NCBI GenBank assembly: GCA_951406725.2
Contig: OX597821.1
Location: 65,968,001-66,032,000 of the forward strand
Direction: 5' to 3'
DNA: 64,000 nt
Source: Octopus vulgaris
Taxonomy: Eukaryota
This document shows, piece by piece, positions 25,376 through 39,051 of this stretch. The position numbers and the translations under genes were made by a program. Each line of letters starts with the position of its first letter. Position 1 is the first letter of the stretch. The notes beneath the pieces are model-generated. The model saw nothing but the letters and a program-made list of their open reading frames with translations, was not told where the DNA came from and searched no databases.

Positions 25376-25524
25376 CGACAGGCTTCTTTCAGTTTCTGTT
25401 TGCCAAATCCACTCACAAGGCTTTGGTCGGCCCGAGGCTATAGTAGAAGACACTTGCAGTGGAACTGAACCCGGAACCATGTGGTTCATAAGCAAGCTAC
25501 TTACCACACAGTGACTCCTACGCC
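24960..25524 (-). mobile_element. Family A SINE with a nested family D fragment
   Basis: A tail at 24960-25132, A head at 25370-25524, D 3' fragment in the central TA tract. Confidence 0.88.
25173..25343 (-). mobile_element. Family D SINE 3' fragment
   Basis: Reverse of CCTTTGCCTTTCCCTTGG..GGTCTTCCATAAA..GGGTAACTTTCTAG..GGGGGTCTC as in 52019-52353. Confidence 0.85.
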
Positions 25525-26086
25525 TATGTTTCTTCATGTTTGCAATTCTATTGTTTTGTGTTACCAGTAATGTTTGTACTAGAATGGTCATTAGGTTTGA
25601 AAGAAGCATTCAAAAAAAAAATCAGTAGATGCTATTAAATTTTGAAAATAAAATGTATTTTAAAAAATACCAAATTTGTAGTCATTCAAAGTGCATATAC
25701 ATTTAGTGAGGACACTCTTTATATATATCTACCCACCATGGCAGAATTGTAAATGTTTCCCACCTAGCTGAAGAAGTTTTTACTTTGCCAGAGCCTTGGT
25801 GCCAGTCCACATAGAAAGTGTGTGTGCCGATTCATGTTAAAGGCATCTGTGTCAGTTCATGTAAAAAGAAAAGTATCCAAGCTGGTGCCATGTAAAAAGC
25901 CCCTGGCGCCACCAGTGTTGGTGCCATGTAAGAAGCATCCAGTTTACTCTGTAAAGCAGTTGATGTTAGGAAGGGTAGCCAGTCATAGAGACCTGGTACA
26001 GTTCTCTATCCAATTTGCTAGCTCTAGTCAAACTGCCCAACCCATGCCAGCATGGAAAATGGACACTAAATGATGGTGGTGATGAT

Positions 26087-26137
<51 letters not shown>

Positions 26138-26237
26138 ATATAGGGTAAAAAATTATTAATTTATAATTAATAAATTTCACCAAGTAGTTTTGGTATGGAA
26201 AGGAACCATATTCGGTAAAAACTTATACAAGAAGGTT

Positions 26238-26285
<48 letters not shown>

Positions 26286-26309
26286 TATAACCAGCCCCAG
26301 CCCATTCAA

Positions 26310-26730
26310 AAGTACCTTGGAGTGTAGGGTGACCTGCTGTGCTTGAGGAGACCTATTGAGTCAAGTACATCAACATCAAAATGAAAATCAAATGGAAATT
26401 GTAGTTGTGATTCCTGTGCTGGTGGCACATAAAAAGCATCATCCAAACGTGGTCGATGCCAGTGCCGCCTTGACTGGCTTATGTGCCAGTGACATGTAAA
26501 AAGCACCAACCGATCGTGGCCGTTGCCAGCCTCCTCTGGCTCCTGTGCCGGTGACATGTCAAAAGCATCCACTACACTGTCAGCGTGGTTGGCATTAGGA
26601 AAGGCATCAAGCTGTAGAAACACTGTCAGATCAGACTGGAGTCTGGTGCAGCCTCCTGGCTTCCCAGATCCCAGTTGAACCATCTAACCCATGCTAACAT
26701 GGAAAACGGACGTCAAATGATGATGATGAC
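26310..26730 (+). mobile_element. Family B copy with the longest 5' extension (RTE-type LINE 3' region)
   Basis: Begins TGCTGTGCTTGAGGAGACC (resembles an RTE ORF end; inference), three GTGCCGGTGGCAC.TAAAAAGCA-type units, standard tail and (GAT)n. Confidence 0.75.
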
Positions 26731-27212
26731 GGCACACATGCACATACAGAAAGACAGACCACTGTAGTGAAAATTGAAGACGTCACAGGCAACTCTTGTA
26801 CATGTACGTGTATATGTGTGTGCGCGTACATGTGTGTGTACGTACGTGTGTGTGTGTGTTATGTTCTCTTGAGCTTATATTTGGATGTGTGAAGTAATGA
26901 GAATTTTTTGAAACTTCGTTTTTTTTTTGTTCAGTCACATATTTTACACAACTAAACTGCTTCATTTGGGGGAGGGGGTACCTTTTTTTTTTATATTTCC
27001 CCATTACTAAAATGTGTTGAAAAGATAAGGTGTTAAAAATGTATTTTCACTGGGTACATACGTACATACATACATACATACATACATATACACACTTGCA
27101 CATTACATACATAAGTACATACTTAAAACTATATACATAACTACGTAACAAACTATGTACGTAACTATGTTTACATACACAACAACACTCAGCCGAGTGT
27201 GTGTATGAATAA

Positions 27213-27264
<52 letters not shown>

Positions 27265-27678
27265 TTACACGCACACACACACTCCCACATACATGTACAC
27301 ACAGAGCTCTTCCAACCCAGAATGTGTGTGCACATGTATTAACAAGTATGTGCTTATACAGACACATAAATAGATTCATCTATATACATACATACATACC
27401 TACATACACACAAACACACAGAGAAGGGGTGGGGGAAAGAAAGAGTAGTGGAAATGGCGCTGATGGAACAAGGCAAAATAAATTTTTCTTGTAAAACATA
27501 AATAATGAAATCGCTAATTAAAGCAATCTGAAGCTCAAAACACATCAATCACAATTCTTGTGATTATTAAGCAAAATTTTTCTTCCTAGCTCTGTTTTTT
27601 AACCATTTTTTTTTTCTTAGTATGGACGAGGTACACATGTATGGATGGCTACCTCGTTACCTGTTTGAACACTTGATG

Positions 27679-27736
<58 letters not shown>

Positions 27737-27976
27737 GTAGTTGTTACAGCATGTTTATCCTCATTAATACTGTTACACAACAGAAATCAACAAAATTGTT
27801 AAAGTTTTGTATGATGTGAAAAGATAAAGAGTTTTTTTATTTTTTTCTTGTTTTTGTGGCATCTTGAGAAATGTTGGCCAAATATCTTAAAAGTAGAATA
27901 TATTACATATGCATGGATGGATGGACGGATGGATGGATGGATGGAAAGATAAATGGGTGGATGGATCTGCTAATAT

Positions 27977-28178
27977 ACTCTTTTACTTGTTTCAGTCATT
28001 TGACTGTGGCCATGCTGAAGCACCATCTTCAGTTGAGCAAATCGACCCCAGAAGTTATTCTTTGTAAGCCTAGTACTTATTCTATAGGTCTCTCTTGCCG
28101 AACTGCTAGGTTACGGGGATGTAACCACACCAGCATTGGTTGTCAAGCGATGTTGTGGGGACAAACATAGACACATAA

Positions 28179-28222
<44 letters not shown>

Positions 28223-28387
28223 GACGGGCTTTTTTCAGTTTCCGCCTACCAAATCCACTCACGAGGTTTTGGTCGGCCTGAGGCTGCTATAGTAGAAGAC
28301 ACCTTCCCAAGGTGCCACGCAGTGCGATTGAACCCAGAACCATGTGGTTCGTAAGCAAGCTACTTACCACACAGCCACACCTATGCC
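27977..28387 (-). mobile_element. Family A SINE, full length
   Basis: Complete reverse-strand head, body and tail. Confidence 0.9.
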
Positions 28388-28599
28388 TATTATAATGAAC
28401 AAAGCCACTCCTACGTTTATAATAATGAACAAAGATACAAATATTTAAAATGAAGGCCCTGGACTTAGTTGTTCTGCATAGAATTGGACATCACCTTGTC
28501 ATACATCTTTCTCACCATAAGAAAAGCAGTGAGACACTCATTGGTCCAAGATGACACCACCAGCACTGCTGTTCACAAATTATAATACAAAATAAAATA

Positions 28600-28915
28600 T
28601 AAACTATAGATATCTGGTCAATCAGGAATTACTTTTGAAATGCTTGAAATATGTGGTGGAGTAGGATACTGCCTAGTCACCCAGGGAGGTATCACACCTA
28701 ACAGTTTAGTGTAGCAGCACCACAGTCAGCTGTTACAAGTATAAAGGAGATGCCTTAGAGAGAAATAACTACAGAGGCATTAAATTACTGGACCAGGTTA
28801 TGAAAGTCACTGAAAGAGTTGTAACGTAATTAATTAAGAGGAGAGGTAATCTATATGAGATGTGGTATGGTTTTGTAAAAGCACTCCTGATGATCTCTTT
28901 ATAGCAAGACACTTG
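28600..28915 (+). mobile_element. RTE-clade LINE reverse transcriptase fragment, degraded
   Basis: SGQSGITFEMLEICGGVG..CSSTTVSCYKYKGDALERNNYRGIKLLDQVMKVTERVVT*LIKRRGNLYEMWYGFV..STPDDLFIARHL matches the KGD..NYRGIKLL..QFGF..STTDAIF pattern of RTE RT N-terminal domains; stop and frameshifts. Confidence 0.88.
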
Positions 28916-29302
28916 TTCCTGTCCTCCTTTCCTTATTTCTTACACCTCAGTTCTATACCTCACTTAATTGAGGGTGGGGATCTTGATTTGCTGGTACTTG
29001 GTGAGACCAACCAGTGTTGGTATCACACAAAAAGTATCCAGCACTTTTGTGAACTGTTTGACATTAGCAAGGACTATAGAAATCATGCCAAATAAGACAT
29101 TTGAATTTGGCACAACCCTTAGTCTCATCTGTTCATCTCAAACTGCCCGACCCATGCCAGCTTGGAAAATTGGATGTTAAATAATGGTGAAGATGATCTC
29201 ATCAAGTCAATTGTTCTATTCCCAGAAAAATATTTTGCTTTCTGCCAATTAGAAAAATCATTGTTGCTGTTTATTTTGTCATTGTTGCCCTCATTATTAT
29301 CA

Positions 29303-29339
<37 letters not shown>

Positions 29340-29565
29340 AGGCAGTGAGCTGGCAGAATTGATATCATGCCAGGTGAAATGCATAGTGGTATTTCATCAG
29401 CCACTATGTTCTGAGTTCAAATTCCACCAAGGTCAGCTTCGCCTTTCATCCCTTGGGGTCAGTAAAATAAATACCAGTGAAACACTGTGGTTGATGTAAT
29501 TGGCTAATCCTCTTCCTCAAAAAATTTCAGGCCATGCGCCATTTGTAGAAAGGATGTAGAAAGGA
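29340..29565 (+). mobile_element. Family C SINE between (TTA)n tracts
   Basis: GGCAGTGAGCTGGCAGAA head, GAGTTCAAATTCC B box, tail AAATTTCAGGCC..GTAGAAAGGAT then (ATT)n. Confidence 0.85.
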
Positions 29566-29630
<65 letters not shown>

Positions 29631-30170
29631 TCTAAAAACCCCAGAAAGACGAATTTTTCATATGACAGCCCATCCTTGGTAAATAATTTCTATTTATTTT
29701 GTGTAAGCATTCTTAATTGAAACGAGGACATGAAAGGTTAAAAGAGTGCTTCTGATATGCCAGCACATAAAGAAGGCCATTGTCAAGTGAGAGATGTTAA
29801 TCAACATTACTAAATGCTAGCAATTGGCTCTCAAATAATGGTTCCTGGTTTACTGCAGCCACAAAAACTGTAGGCTTTTAACACTTTGACTACCAAGGGT
29901 ATCATCAATGACTCTCCATGTTATTTATATTTTTATTATATCATAAGAGTCACTAGTGACTCCTATTCCGAATAGTAATGGGTTTTATTAGTTTTTCTTT
30001 TTTTTTTTTGTAGTGTCTAACATTATTGTGGGTCAAAGTTCAATATTCGAATTTTAGGAAAATGTAGGGAACACAAATATCAGAAGGATGCAAACCACAG
30101 TCATCTCCATCATTGAGTGCTGCCCTACATAAAAACAAACAGACCGGAAAAACTTATATGAAATAACCCA

Positions 30171-30575
30171 GGCACAGGCATGGGTGAGGTGCTAAGAATC
30201 TTGATTCCCAAACACATGGTTCCAGGTTCAGTTCCACTGCATGGCACTTTGGGCAAGTGTCTTCTACAATAGCCTCAGGCTGACCAAAGCCTTGGGAGTG
30301 GATTTGGGAGATGGAAACCGAAAGAAGCCCATTGTATGTGTGTGTGTATGTGTGTCTTTGTTGGTCTCCCCCACAACCCCACCAATCACTATTTGACAAT
30401 TTGTGTTGGGGTGTTTATGTCCCTGTAACTTAGCAGGTCAGTAAAAGAGACCGATAGAATAAGTACTGCGCTTAAGTAACAAGTCCTAGGGGTCGATTTG
30501 TTTGACTAAAACCCTGCAAGGCAGTGCTCCAGCATGGTCACAGCCAGATGACCAAAAGAAATAAAATAATAAAAG
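30171..30575 (+). mobile_element. Family A SINE, full length
   Basis: Head GGTTCAGTTCCACTGCATGGCACTTTGGGCAAGTGTCTT; standard tail. Confidence 0.88.
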
Positions 30576-30685
30576 AAAAAAAATGTAGACAAAAATCATA
30601 AATAAATCGGACATTTGAACACTTTGTTAATATGTGCATCAATGATGGCTCCTGCAAGACAGAATGAGTACTGCTGACGGAGGCA

Positions 30686-31300
30686 TTCCAGGACTGAGCT
30701 GTGTGGTGTGTTCTTCAGCAAGACACTTTATTTCACATTGATCCAGTTCACTCAGCTGTAGAAATGAGTTGTGACATCACTGATGCCAAGCTCTATCAAC
30801 CTTTGCCTTTTCCTTGCATAACATCAGTGGTATGGAGAGGTGGGGGGCTGGTCTGCATGGGTGACTGCTGGTCTTCCATAAACAACCTTGCCCTGACATG
30901 TACCTCAGAGGGTAACTTTCTAAGTGCAGTCCCATGGTCATTCATGACCGAAGGGGTCTTTATCCTTACCCTATAGGGTCAAAGCATATAATTCAGTGGT
31001 TAGAGTGTCGGGCTCACAATCACAAGGTTGTGAGTTTAATTCCCAGACCAGGCTGTGTGTTGTTTTCCTAAGGAAGACACTTTATTTTGCTTCAGTTCAC
31101 TCAGCTGTAGAAATGAGTTGCGACGTCACTGGTGCCAAGCTGTATCGGCCCCTTTGCCTTTCCCTTGGATAACATCAAGGGGAGGCTGGTATGTACAGGC
31201 AACTACTGGTCTTCCATAAACAACCTTGCCCTGATGTGTGCCTTGGAGGGGAACTTTCTAGGTGCAATCCCATGGTCAGTCATGACTGAAAGGTCTCTTT
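30686..31300 (+). mobile_element. Two tandem family D SINEs (30686-30962, 5'-truncated; 30982-31300)
   Basis: Both have GACACTTTATTT..GTTCACTCAGCTGTAGAAATGAGTTG and the D tail; second has a tRNA-like head CAGTGGTTAGAG..GAGTTTAATTCCC. Confidence 0.88.
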
Positions 31301-32142
31301 TACCAATTTTACTGCTGGTGGTACTCATGTTATAAGTCAACATGGTAGTTTATATAGTGAAGTAGACCATATATAGGGTTAGAAAAAATTAAATAGTGCC
31401 AATTTATAACAAAATTATACTGCTGGTTCAAAAAGAAAAAAATATGGAACAAAATAGCTTGGTAAAGTGTTAAAAGAAGAGGGGGTTAGAATTTTAGCCT
31501 CTCAGCTTTCAAGATGTTTGTCTCTTATTTTGAAGTTTTTACAATAATAAATGCATTCATATTGCTAAAGTTCTTTGTTCCAATATCTTAAGAGGTAATC
31601 AGAAAATTCTTAAGAGAAGAAAGACAGTAGCATGTTATTTGATATTGAAATTTATCTGCCAACATAAACATTGTTAAACATTAAAATTGGACAGACATAA
31701 AAAAACATAAACAAGTCAGATGACTATGCATTTACTATGAAATTGGGGTAAATGACTTATATGAATTAATTCAACAGAATATTGGTGCCAAAGAATTTAG
31801 TAGAACTTGTTAAAAAAAATACCAAGAATGGAAAACCCTCTTGACCTGTAAACAAAAAAGCTGCTATGATACAGCAGTGCTAAATTCTGGGTTTTTGAAT
31901 GGTGATAAAAATAGATTTGAAATTTTAACTTACACTCGTCTTTCAGCAAACAGTATTCACAAATGACTTACCTACAAAACAGAATGAAATATATGTAAAT
32001 TGAAAGCAAATTGGATTACAGAACAAACATAAATATATAAATATTTAGAAATGTTATTAACAAATATGTAACGAGACCATTTCATAATAAACATTGTTGT
32101 TGATATTCTGTTTATTAATGTTCATGTTAATGTTCATATTAC

Positions 32143-32177
32143 TTATAATGATAATAATAATGATAATAATAATAATG

Positions 32178-32235
<58 letters not shown>

Positions 32236-32249
32236 TAATAACTATAATA

Positions 32250-32311
<62 letters not shown>

Positions 32312-32903
32312 AACGATGATGATGATGATGATGATGATGATAATGATGATAATAAGGATGATGATGATGTTGATGATGGTTATGATGATTCAATTTATTT
32401 GCCAAGAGGGCAACGGATGAACAAGAATATTCCAAGGACAGATTATGAGAATACAGACTCGGATATGGAAAACATATAAAGGACATATGGAAAACCAATG
32501 TATACAAGGTATATAGTACTACTACTGCTACTGCTAATAATGATAATAATGATAATGGCTACTATTATCAGGAGGGATGTTGTATTTGTTGTTGTTGTTG
32601 TTGTTGTTGTTATTGGTAACTAACTACATGTTACTATTACCATTATTGTACAGTTGCTGCTGTTGCAATAATGATGATGAAGATGACGATGAGGATGGGG
32701 AGGGTAGGTGGTGGTGGAGGAGGAGGAGGATAGAGAAGGGAGAAGTAGGCTTGAAAGAAGAAGAAGAAGAGGAAGAGAGAGAGAGGAGAAGAAGAAGGAG
32801 AAGAAGAAGAAGAGGGAGAAGAAGAAGGAGAGGGAGAAGAACAAGAACAAGAACAAGAAGAACAAGAACAACAAGAACAAGAAGGAGAAGAGAAGAGAGG
32901 AGA

Positions 32904-32935
<32 letters not shown>

Positions 32936-33125
32936 AGAAAAAGAAGAAGAAGAAGAAGAAGAAGGAGAAGAAGAAGAAGATGGAGAAGAGAAGAGAGGAG
33001 AAGAAGAAGAAGAAGAAGAAAGCAAAGGAAGAAGAAGAAAAAGAAGAAGAAGAAGAAGAAGAAGAAGAAGAAGAAGAAGAAGAAGAAGAAGAAGAAGAAG
33101 AAGAAGGAGAAGAAGAAGAAGAAGA
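32143..33125. repeat. Large compound trinucleotide region: (ATA)n-(ATG)n, (TTG)n, then ~400 bp of (GAA)n/purine tract
   Basis: Directly visible; source of poly-I/M/E/R/K/S/L/F ORFs. Confidence 0.95.
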
Positions 33126-33651
33126 CTGTTGCGAATACTGCATGTAACAATCAACACTGGTTTGTATCGGCCATGTTAATAGCGTCTTGTTTATTAACAA
33201 GCTTCAATCGGAAGAATTCTCAACATCCCCAGACAAATTAAGGAACCAAAATCAATTTTGACAATGTGAAACAACAACAACAACAACAACAACCATGCAA
33301 TGATGAGAATGTAAAATGAGAAAAATAAAAAGAACAAAAACAAAAAACAACGACATGACATGACATAATACATGGAAAACAATTGTATTTTGCACTGATA
33401 GTAGTGACTGCAGCAGCACCATCAGCACCATCAGCAGCAGCAAGAGCAACCCTCACCATTGCCACCCTGAAAACCATCAACATCATCATCATCATCACCA
33501 AGAGGAAACAGAAACCTGATTGAGGCAGCAGAGCAAGTAAAACTATATGGTGTGTTGGTGACTGACTTGCATGAAATAGTACCGCAATCTTCCTCAAAGC
33601 ACATCATACAGTATTAAAAAAAAAAAAAAGGGAACATCAGGAAATGTAGTC

Positions 33652-33778
33652 TTAACCCATTAGCATTTAAAGTGGCCATATTCGGCCGAAATATTCTACC
33701 TGGTTTATGTTCAAACTGGCCAGATCCAGCCTCTCACACCTACCCTACAATGTCATCCAAAAGTAAACAATAAGTAAA
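33652..33778. mobile_element. One end of a TTAA (piggyBac-type) MITE, truncated by a SINE
   Basis: TTAACCCATTAGCATTTAAA..GTTCAAACTGGCCAGATCC is the reverse-complement match to the right part of 63527-63890. Confidence 0.7.
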
Positions 33779-33786
33779 CTCATAGC

Positions 33787-34215
33787 TGCAGAAGTGGCTG
33801 TGTGGTAAGAAGCTTGCTTCCCAACCATACGGTTCCTGGTTCAGTCCCACTGCGTGGCACTTTGGTCTTCTACTATAGCCCTGGGCTGACCAAAACCTTG
33901 CGAGTGGATTTGGTAGAAGGGCACTGAAAGAAGCCCATCGTATATATATATATATATATATGCTGCTGAGACCCCCTTCGGTCATGACTGACCGTGGGAT
34001 TGCACCTAGAAAGTTACCCTCCCAGGCACAAGTCTGGGCAAGGCTGTTTATGGAAGACCAGCAGTCACCCATGCTTACTGCCCTCCCCTCTCCACACCAC
34101 CAGTGTTATCCAAGGAAAAGTCAAAGGCCAATACAGCCTGGCACCTGTGACATCGCAACACATTTCTACAGCTGAGTGAACTGGAGCAACGTGAAATAAA
34201 GTGTTTTGCTCAAGA
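33787..34215. mobile_element. Family A 5' half (+, 33787-33945) followed by family D (-, 33967-34215)
   Basis: A head up to GAAGCCCATCG(TA)n, then reverse D beginning GAGACCCCC. Confidence 0.85.
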
Positions 34216-34378
34216 ATCTCTGTCAACAAAGTCCTACATTTCGTTCTACCTACTGCAAGTATTCCAAAGTTGACCAAAGTGATCACTGCTACTGCCACCA
34301 CCTCTACATTGTCACCCTCGAAATGAATGGTGACAGCACAACATACTAAAGATTTCGTCATCTGTGATCTAATATACC

Positions 34379-34609
34379 TATTTCTTTACTGCCCACAAGG
34401 GGCTAAACACAGAGGGGACAAACAAGGACAGACAAAGGGATTAAGTCGATTACATCGACCCCAGTGCGTAACTGGTAATTAATTTATTGACCCAGAAAGG
34501 ATGAAAGGCAAAGTCGACCTCGGCGGAATTTGAACTCAGAACATAACGGCAGACGAAATACGGCTACGCATTTCACCCGGCGTGCTAACGTTTCTGCCAG
34601 CTTGCCGCC
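34379..34609 (-). mobile_element. Family C SINE, young, with target-site duplication
   Basis: CTGTGATCTAATATACC at 34362-34378 and 34609-34625; intact CpGs; A/B-box-like motifs. Confidence 0.93.
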
Positions 34610-35355
34610 TGTGATCTAATATACCAATGCAGCTGTTATTCCAACAATAGCATGGAAAAAAAAAAAGCTTCATTGTTGCTAAGAACAAAGAGACGGCAAA
34701 TTATTTCATCATCACCACCATCAGCATCAAATTCTTAACCTTCATTGTGGCGTCATTATCCTCACCGTTTTTCCACCATTGTCATCATTGCTAACCTCGT
34801 GCTCATCATTGTCATCATCACGAGTATGTACCTAAGTGCTGACAACAAGTGCATTGTCATCATCCAAGGTTAACAATGTTGCCATTTTTAGCAACATCCT
34901 AAAGCAACATCCTTATAGCCAAACTCTTAGCACATCAGACAAACTGCTAGGCAGCATTTTTTCAGGCTCTTTACATTCTGAGTTCAAATCCTGACAAGGT
35001 CGGTTTCACCTGTTATCATTTCAGGATCAATAAAATTAGGTTCTAGGGTCAACATAATCAACTTACCCCTTCCCCTCAAAGCTGCTGGTCTCATACCAAA
35101 ATTAAAAGGAATCATAATCAATGTCCTTCTCCTTGTCCACCATCAGTCATCATCATCATCAATGTGACTACATTTGACATCATTGATGAGGACAAAATCC
35201 CCATCATCATCATCATCATAATTCTCAAGGTTATCATCATCCCCACCACCACCATCCACCTGGTGCAGCCATCTGGTTCTCCAGTCCTCAGTCAAATTGT
35301 CCAACCCATGCCAGCATAGAAAGTGCACATTAAACGGTGATGATGATGATGATGA

Positions 35356-35415
<60 letters not shown>

Positions 35416-35416
35416 T

Positions 35417-35797
35417 ACTCTTTTAATTGTTTCAGTCATTTGATTGTGGCCATGGTGGAGCACCACCCTTAGTTGAGGAAATTGACTCCAGGATTTATTC
35501 TTTGTAAGCCTAATACTTATTCTATGGGTTGCTTTTGCTGAACTGCTAAGTTACAGGGATGTAAACACACCAGCATCGGCTGTCAAGCGATTTTGGGATG
35601 ACAAACATAGACACACAAATATATACATACATATATACGACGGGCTTCTTTCAGTTCCATCCACCAAATCCACTCACAAGGCTTTGGTCAACCTGAGGTT
35701 ATAGTAGAAGACACTTGCCCAAGGTGCCACACAGTGGGAATGAACCCGGAACCATGTGGTTGGTAAGCAAGCTACTTACTACACAGCCACTCCTGCC
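35417..35797 (-). mobile_element. Family A SINE, full length
   Basis: Complete reverse-strand copy. Confidence 0.9.
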
Positions 35798-35839
35798 ACA
35801 GACATATACATACATATGCAGATATTTGTGCATACATAC

Positions 35840-35887
<48 letters not shown>

Positions 35888-36048
35888 TATGCACACATAC
35901 ATACACATGTTACATATACATACATATGCATTATTTATATGTATATATATATATATAAATATAAGACACACACACACACTCTCTATGCACACACATATAT
36001 ACATACATATATATATACATACACACATACAAATGCATATACACACAC

Positions 36049-36091
<43 letters not shown>

Positions 36092-36769
36092 AATATATAT
36101 GCATGTGTGGGTGTATATATCAATGATAGCTTCCTCTGTCTGTTTCATAAACATAAACACAGACAAGAAAACACACATGTATATCAAACATTACAAACAC
36201 ACCACTATGCGTGTTTGTGCACATGTGTGAGTGTGCGTGTGTTCATGTGTGCACACAAGGATGTGTGTGTACGCAGATGGACAGGTAGAAACAGATAATT
36301 AGATAGATGGATAATTAGATATAGGAATTTAAGATAGGAAAACATCAAGGAGACAGGAAGATAAGTAAATGAACAGGTAATAGATAACGAGATAATAGAT
36401 ACACAAACAGACACAGGTACATACATATATAAATATGCATCAAACATATAGCATATATATAACTTCGATTCAGCTGATTAATCTATCTAATTAATACTAA
36501 TATAAATGGAAAAGTACAGTGAAAGATATAATCTACAAAGATGTCGTGAACTTTTAATAGTGTACGAGATTTAACCCGCTTGCCACCAATATGTCCAATT
36601 TGTTCTCTGGTTTCAAGATACAAAACTGCAAATTTGATGATATTTGCATTTAAATTTAAATGTTTTTGTTTCAATTCCATTTAAGAATTTCACTAAAGTT
36701 AGATTTTTAAATATGATCTTAATTGTAGAGCGTGTAATATTTTATTGAATTCTTTGGAAAATTGGATTT

Positions 36770-36971
36770 ACTCTCTTTTACTCTTTTACTTGTTTCAGTC
36801 ATTTGACTGTGGCCATGCTGGAGCAAATCGACACCAGGACTTATTCTTTCTAAGCCTAGTACTTATTCTATCGGTCTATTTTGTCGAACCGCTAAGTTAT
36901 GGGGGATGTAAACAAACCAGCACCAGTTGTCAAGCGATGTCGGGGGGACAAACACAGACACACAAATGTAT

Positions 36972-37002
<31 letters not shown>

Positions 37003-37165
37003 CATATATACGATGGTCTTCTTTCAGTTTCCGTCTACCAAATCCACTCACAAGGCTTTGGTCAGCCTGAGGTAATAGTAAAAGACACTTGCCCAAGGTG
37101 CCATACAGTGGGACTGAACCTGGAACCATATTATTGGTTAGCAAGCTACTTACCACACACTCACT
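36770..37165 (-). mobile_element. Family A SINE, full length
   Basis: Complete reverse-strand copy; a + strand A head fragment (37170-37290) and a B tail (37290-37455) follow. Confidence 0.88.
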
Positions 37166-38250
37166 CCAAACAGTTTAAGGAATTTGCTTCCCAGCCACAT
37201 GGTTCTGGGTTCAGTTCCACATAATGGCACCTTGGGCAAATATCTTTTACCTTAGCCTCAAACTAACCTTGTGAGATAATTTGGTAGTAGACAGTACACT
37301 CTGTATAGTGGTTGACATCAGGAAGGGTATCCAACAACAGAAACCATACCAAATCAGACAAATGGTTTGAATCTCTCCAGCTTGACAGCTCCTGTCAAGC
37401 CATCCAACCCACACCAGCATGAAAAACGAACATTAAATATGATGACAATGATGAAGTGCCCCAGCATGGCCGCAGTCCAGTGACTTAAACATGTAAAAGA
37501 CAAAAGGTGACCATTCATCAAAACTTTTGCATTAATTTATGTTCTCTACACCAACTTCAAAACAATTTATTTCACTAAATTCTTTGTGATTTTGCAAAAT
37601 CTAATTGAAACAAATGGCAGCGTATTTCAAAAGAAACAAAGTAACATATGGATTAAACTACACTACTCTAATATTTTCAGACTATTTAAATCTCTTTGTA
37701 CCAATCACAAATGAGACCCGACTAAGTTGAAATGTCAATATCTCGGTTGTCGGAACCATATGTCCTCTCTAGGGGGTTTGTAAATGAACCGAAATTATTT
37801 TGTAGCAAATTTCAGAAATACTTTTTCTATACAGAAGCAATTATTTCATGCGGACTATGATGTGTTATGTAATATTGCTCATACTTTTGTAGCCAAATAT
37901 ATACCAAAACCAGATGTTCTATTATTGATACATCTCGCTGGTGTATATAAAAATAGTCTGTCTGATTCGGTGAGCATGTGTGCTTTTGACAACTGCCCTA
38001 AAGCTTGGAGAAGACATTTAATGAAGACTGGATATTAAAGAAACTAATTTAAGATATTAAATCATTAAAAATGCCAGCAGAGATCACATATCTATCTATC
38101 GCTTTATCTTCCACTCTCTCTCTCTCTCTCCCTCTCTTTCTCTCTCTCTCAATATATATATATATACATTTATACAAAAATGTATATTTATATATAAATA
38201 TATGCATATACATATTTGTATGCGTATATCTATTTATGTGTGCGTGTGTG

Positions 38251-38285
<35 letters not shown>

Positions 38286-38361
38286 ACGGACACACATTAA
38301 TGTACACACAGATAAAAAGATATATACATACATATATAAATACAAATAGATTGATAAAGTG

Positions 38362-38396
<35 letters not shown>

Positions 38397-38790
38397 AAGT
38401 ACACATATCTACATGTATATATTTCTGTATTTGGATACAACATGACAAACCTGGATTAATGATGGCACATTATTGATGAGGTCATAATTGGCAAACCGAG
38501 TGATTGGTTGGTCAAGCAATTAATCAGTTAATTGGTTAAATACTTAATTAATAATGTAAAGAAAGGATACAGAATCACTGTTCCTCCCCCACTTACATAT
38601 ATAAGAACCATTTGGGGATGTAAACAGCTTCGTATTACTGATGGTATGACAAATAGCACCAAGTGATCTCTGTATATTGGTTTGTTTTAGGAAGGACGTC
38701 CATCAGCAGACATGAAGCCAAAATGAAACACAGCCAACATGCAGTTAGACAGGTCAGTCTTTGTTAACATGGTCAGTGGATAAAAAAAAC

Positions 38791-39038
38791 AACATGGCCT
38801 AGTGGTTAAGGTGTTGCACACACGATGGATAGATCATGGGTTCAATTCCTGGATTCTTTTCATGTTGCACTGCAATCATTTCAACATTTGATGTGTGGCA
38901 CACTTGTGCACCTGTACAGGTAATGTTGATTTGATGGAGCGAGAGAGCTTATTTGATTACTATAAACGAATCACTTCCATGGTTGTTCAGCAAGAAATTA
39001 CAGAGCACTCATCTGCCATCTAAAGATGGAAGAGTCCA
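38791..39038 (+). mobile_element. Family H old tRNA-headed SINE
   Basis: TGGCCTAGTGGTTAAGG A box and GGGTTCAATTCC B box; body matches 50120-50424 (TTCAACA..GTGCAC..ATTTGAT.ACTATAA..TTCAGCAA..GAAGAGTCCA). Confidence 0.75.
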
Positions 39039-39051
39039 GACACACACATAC

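Noticed and set aside
26180-26222. Minus-strand hairpin with hammerhead-like spacing in a TA-bounded island
   Set aside because: Both core boxes deviate (CCGAATA, AAAA); too degenerate to call.
32577-33241. Long 176-200 aa ORFs in five frames
   Set aside because: All are translations of (GAA)n/(TTC)n low-complexity repeats; no domain or splice evidence.
37784-38038. 84-aa ATG-initiated ORF in unique sequence
   Set aside because: No recognisable motif or clear splice signals; length is within chance expectation.
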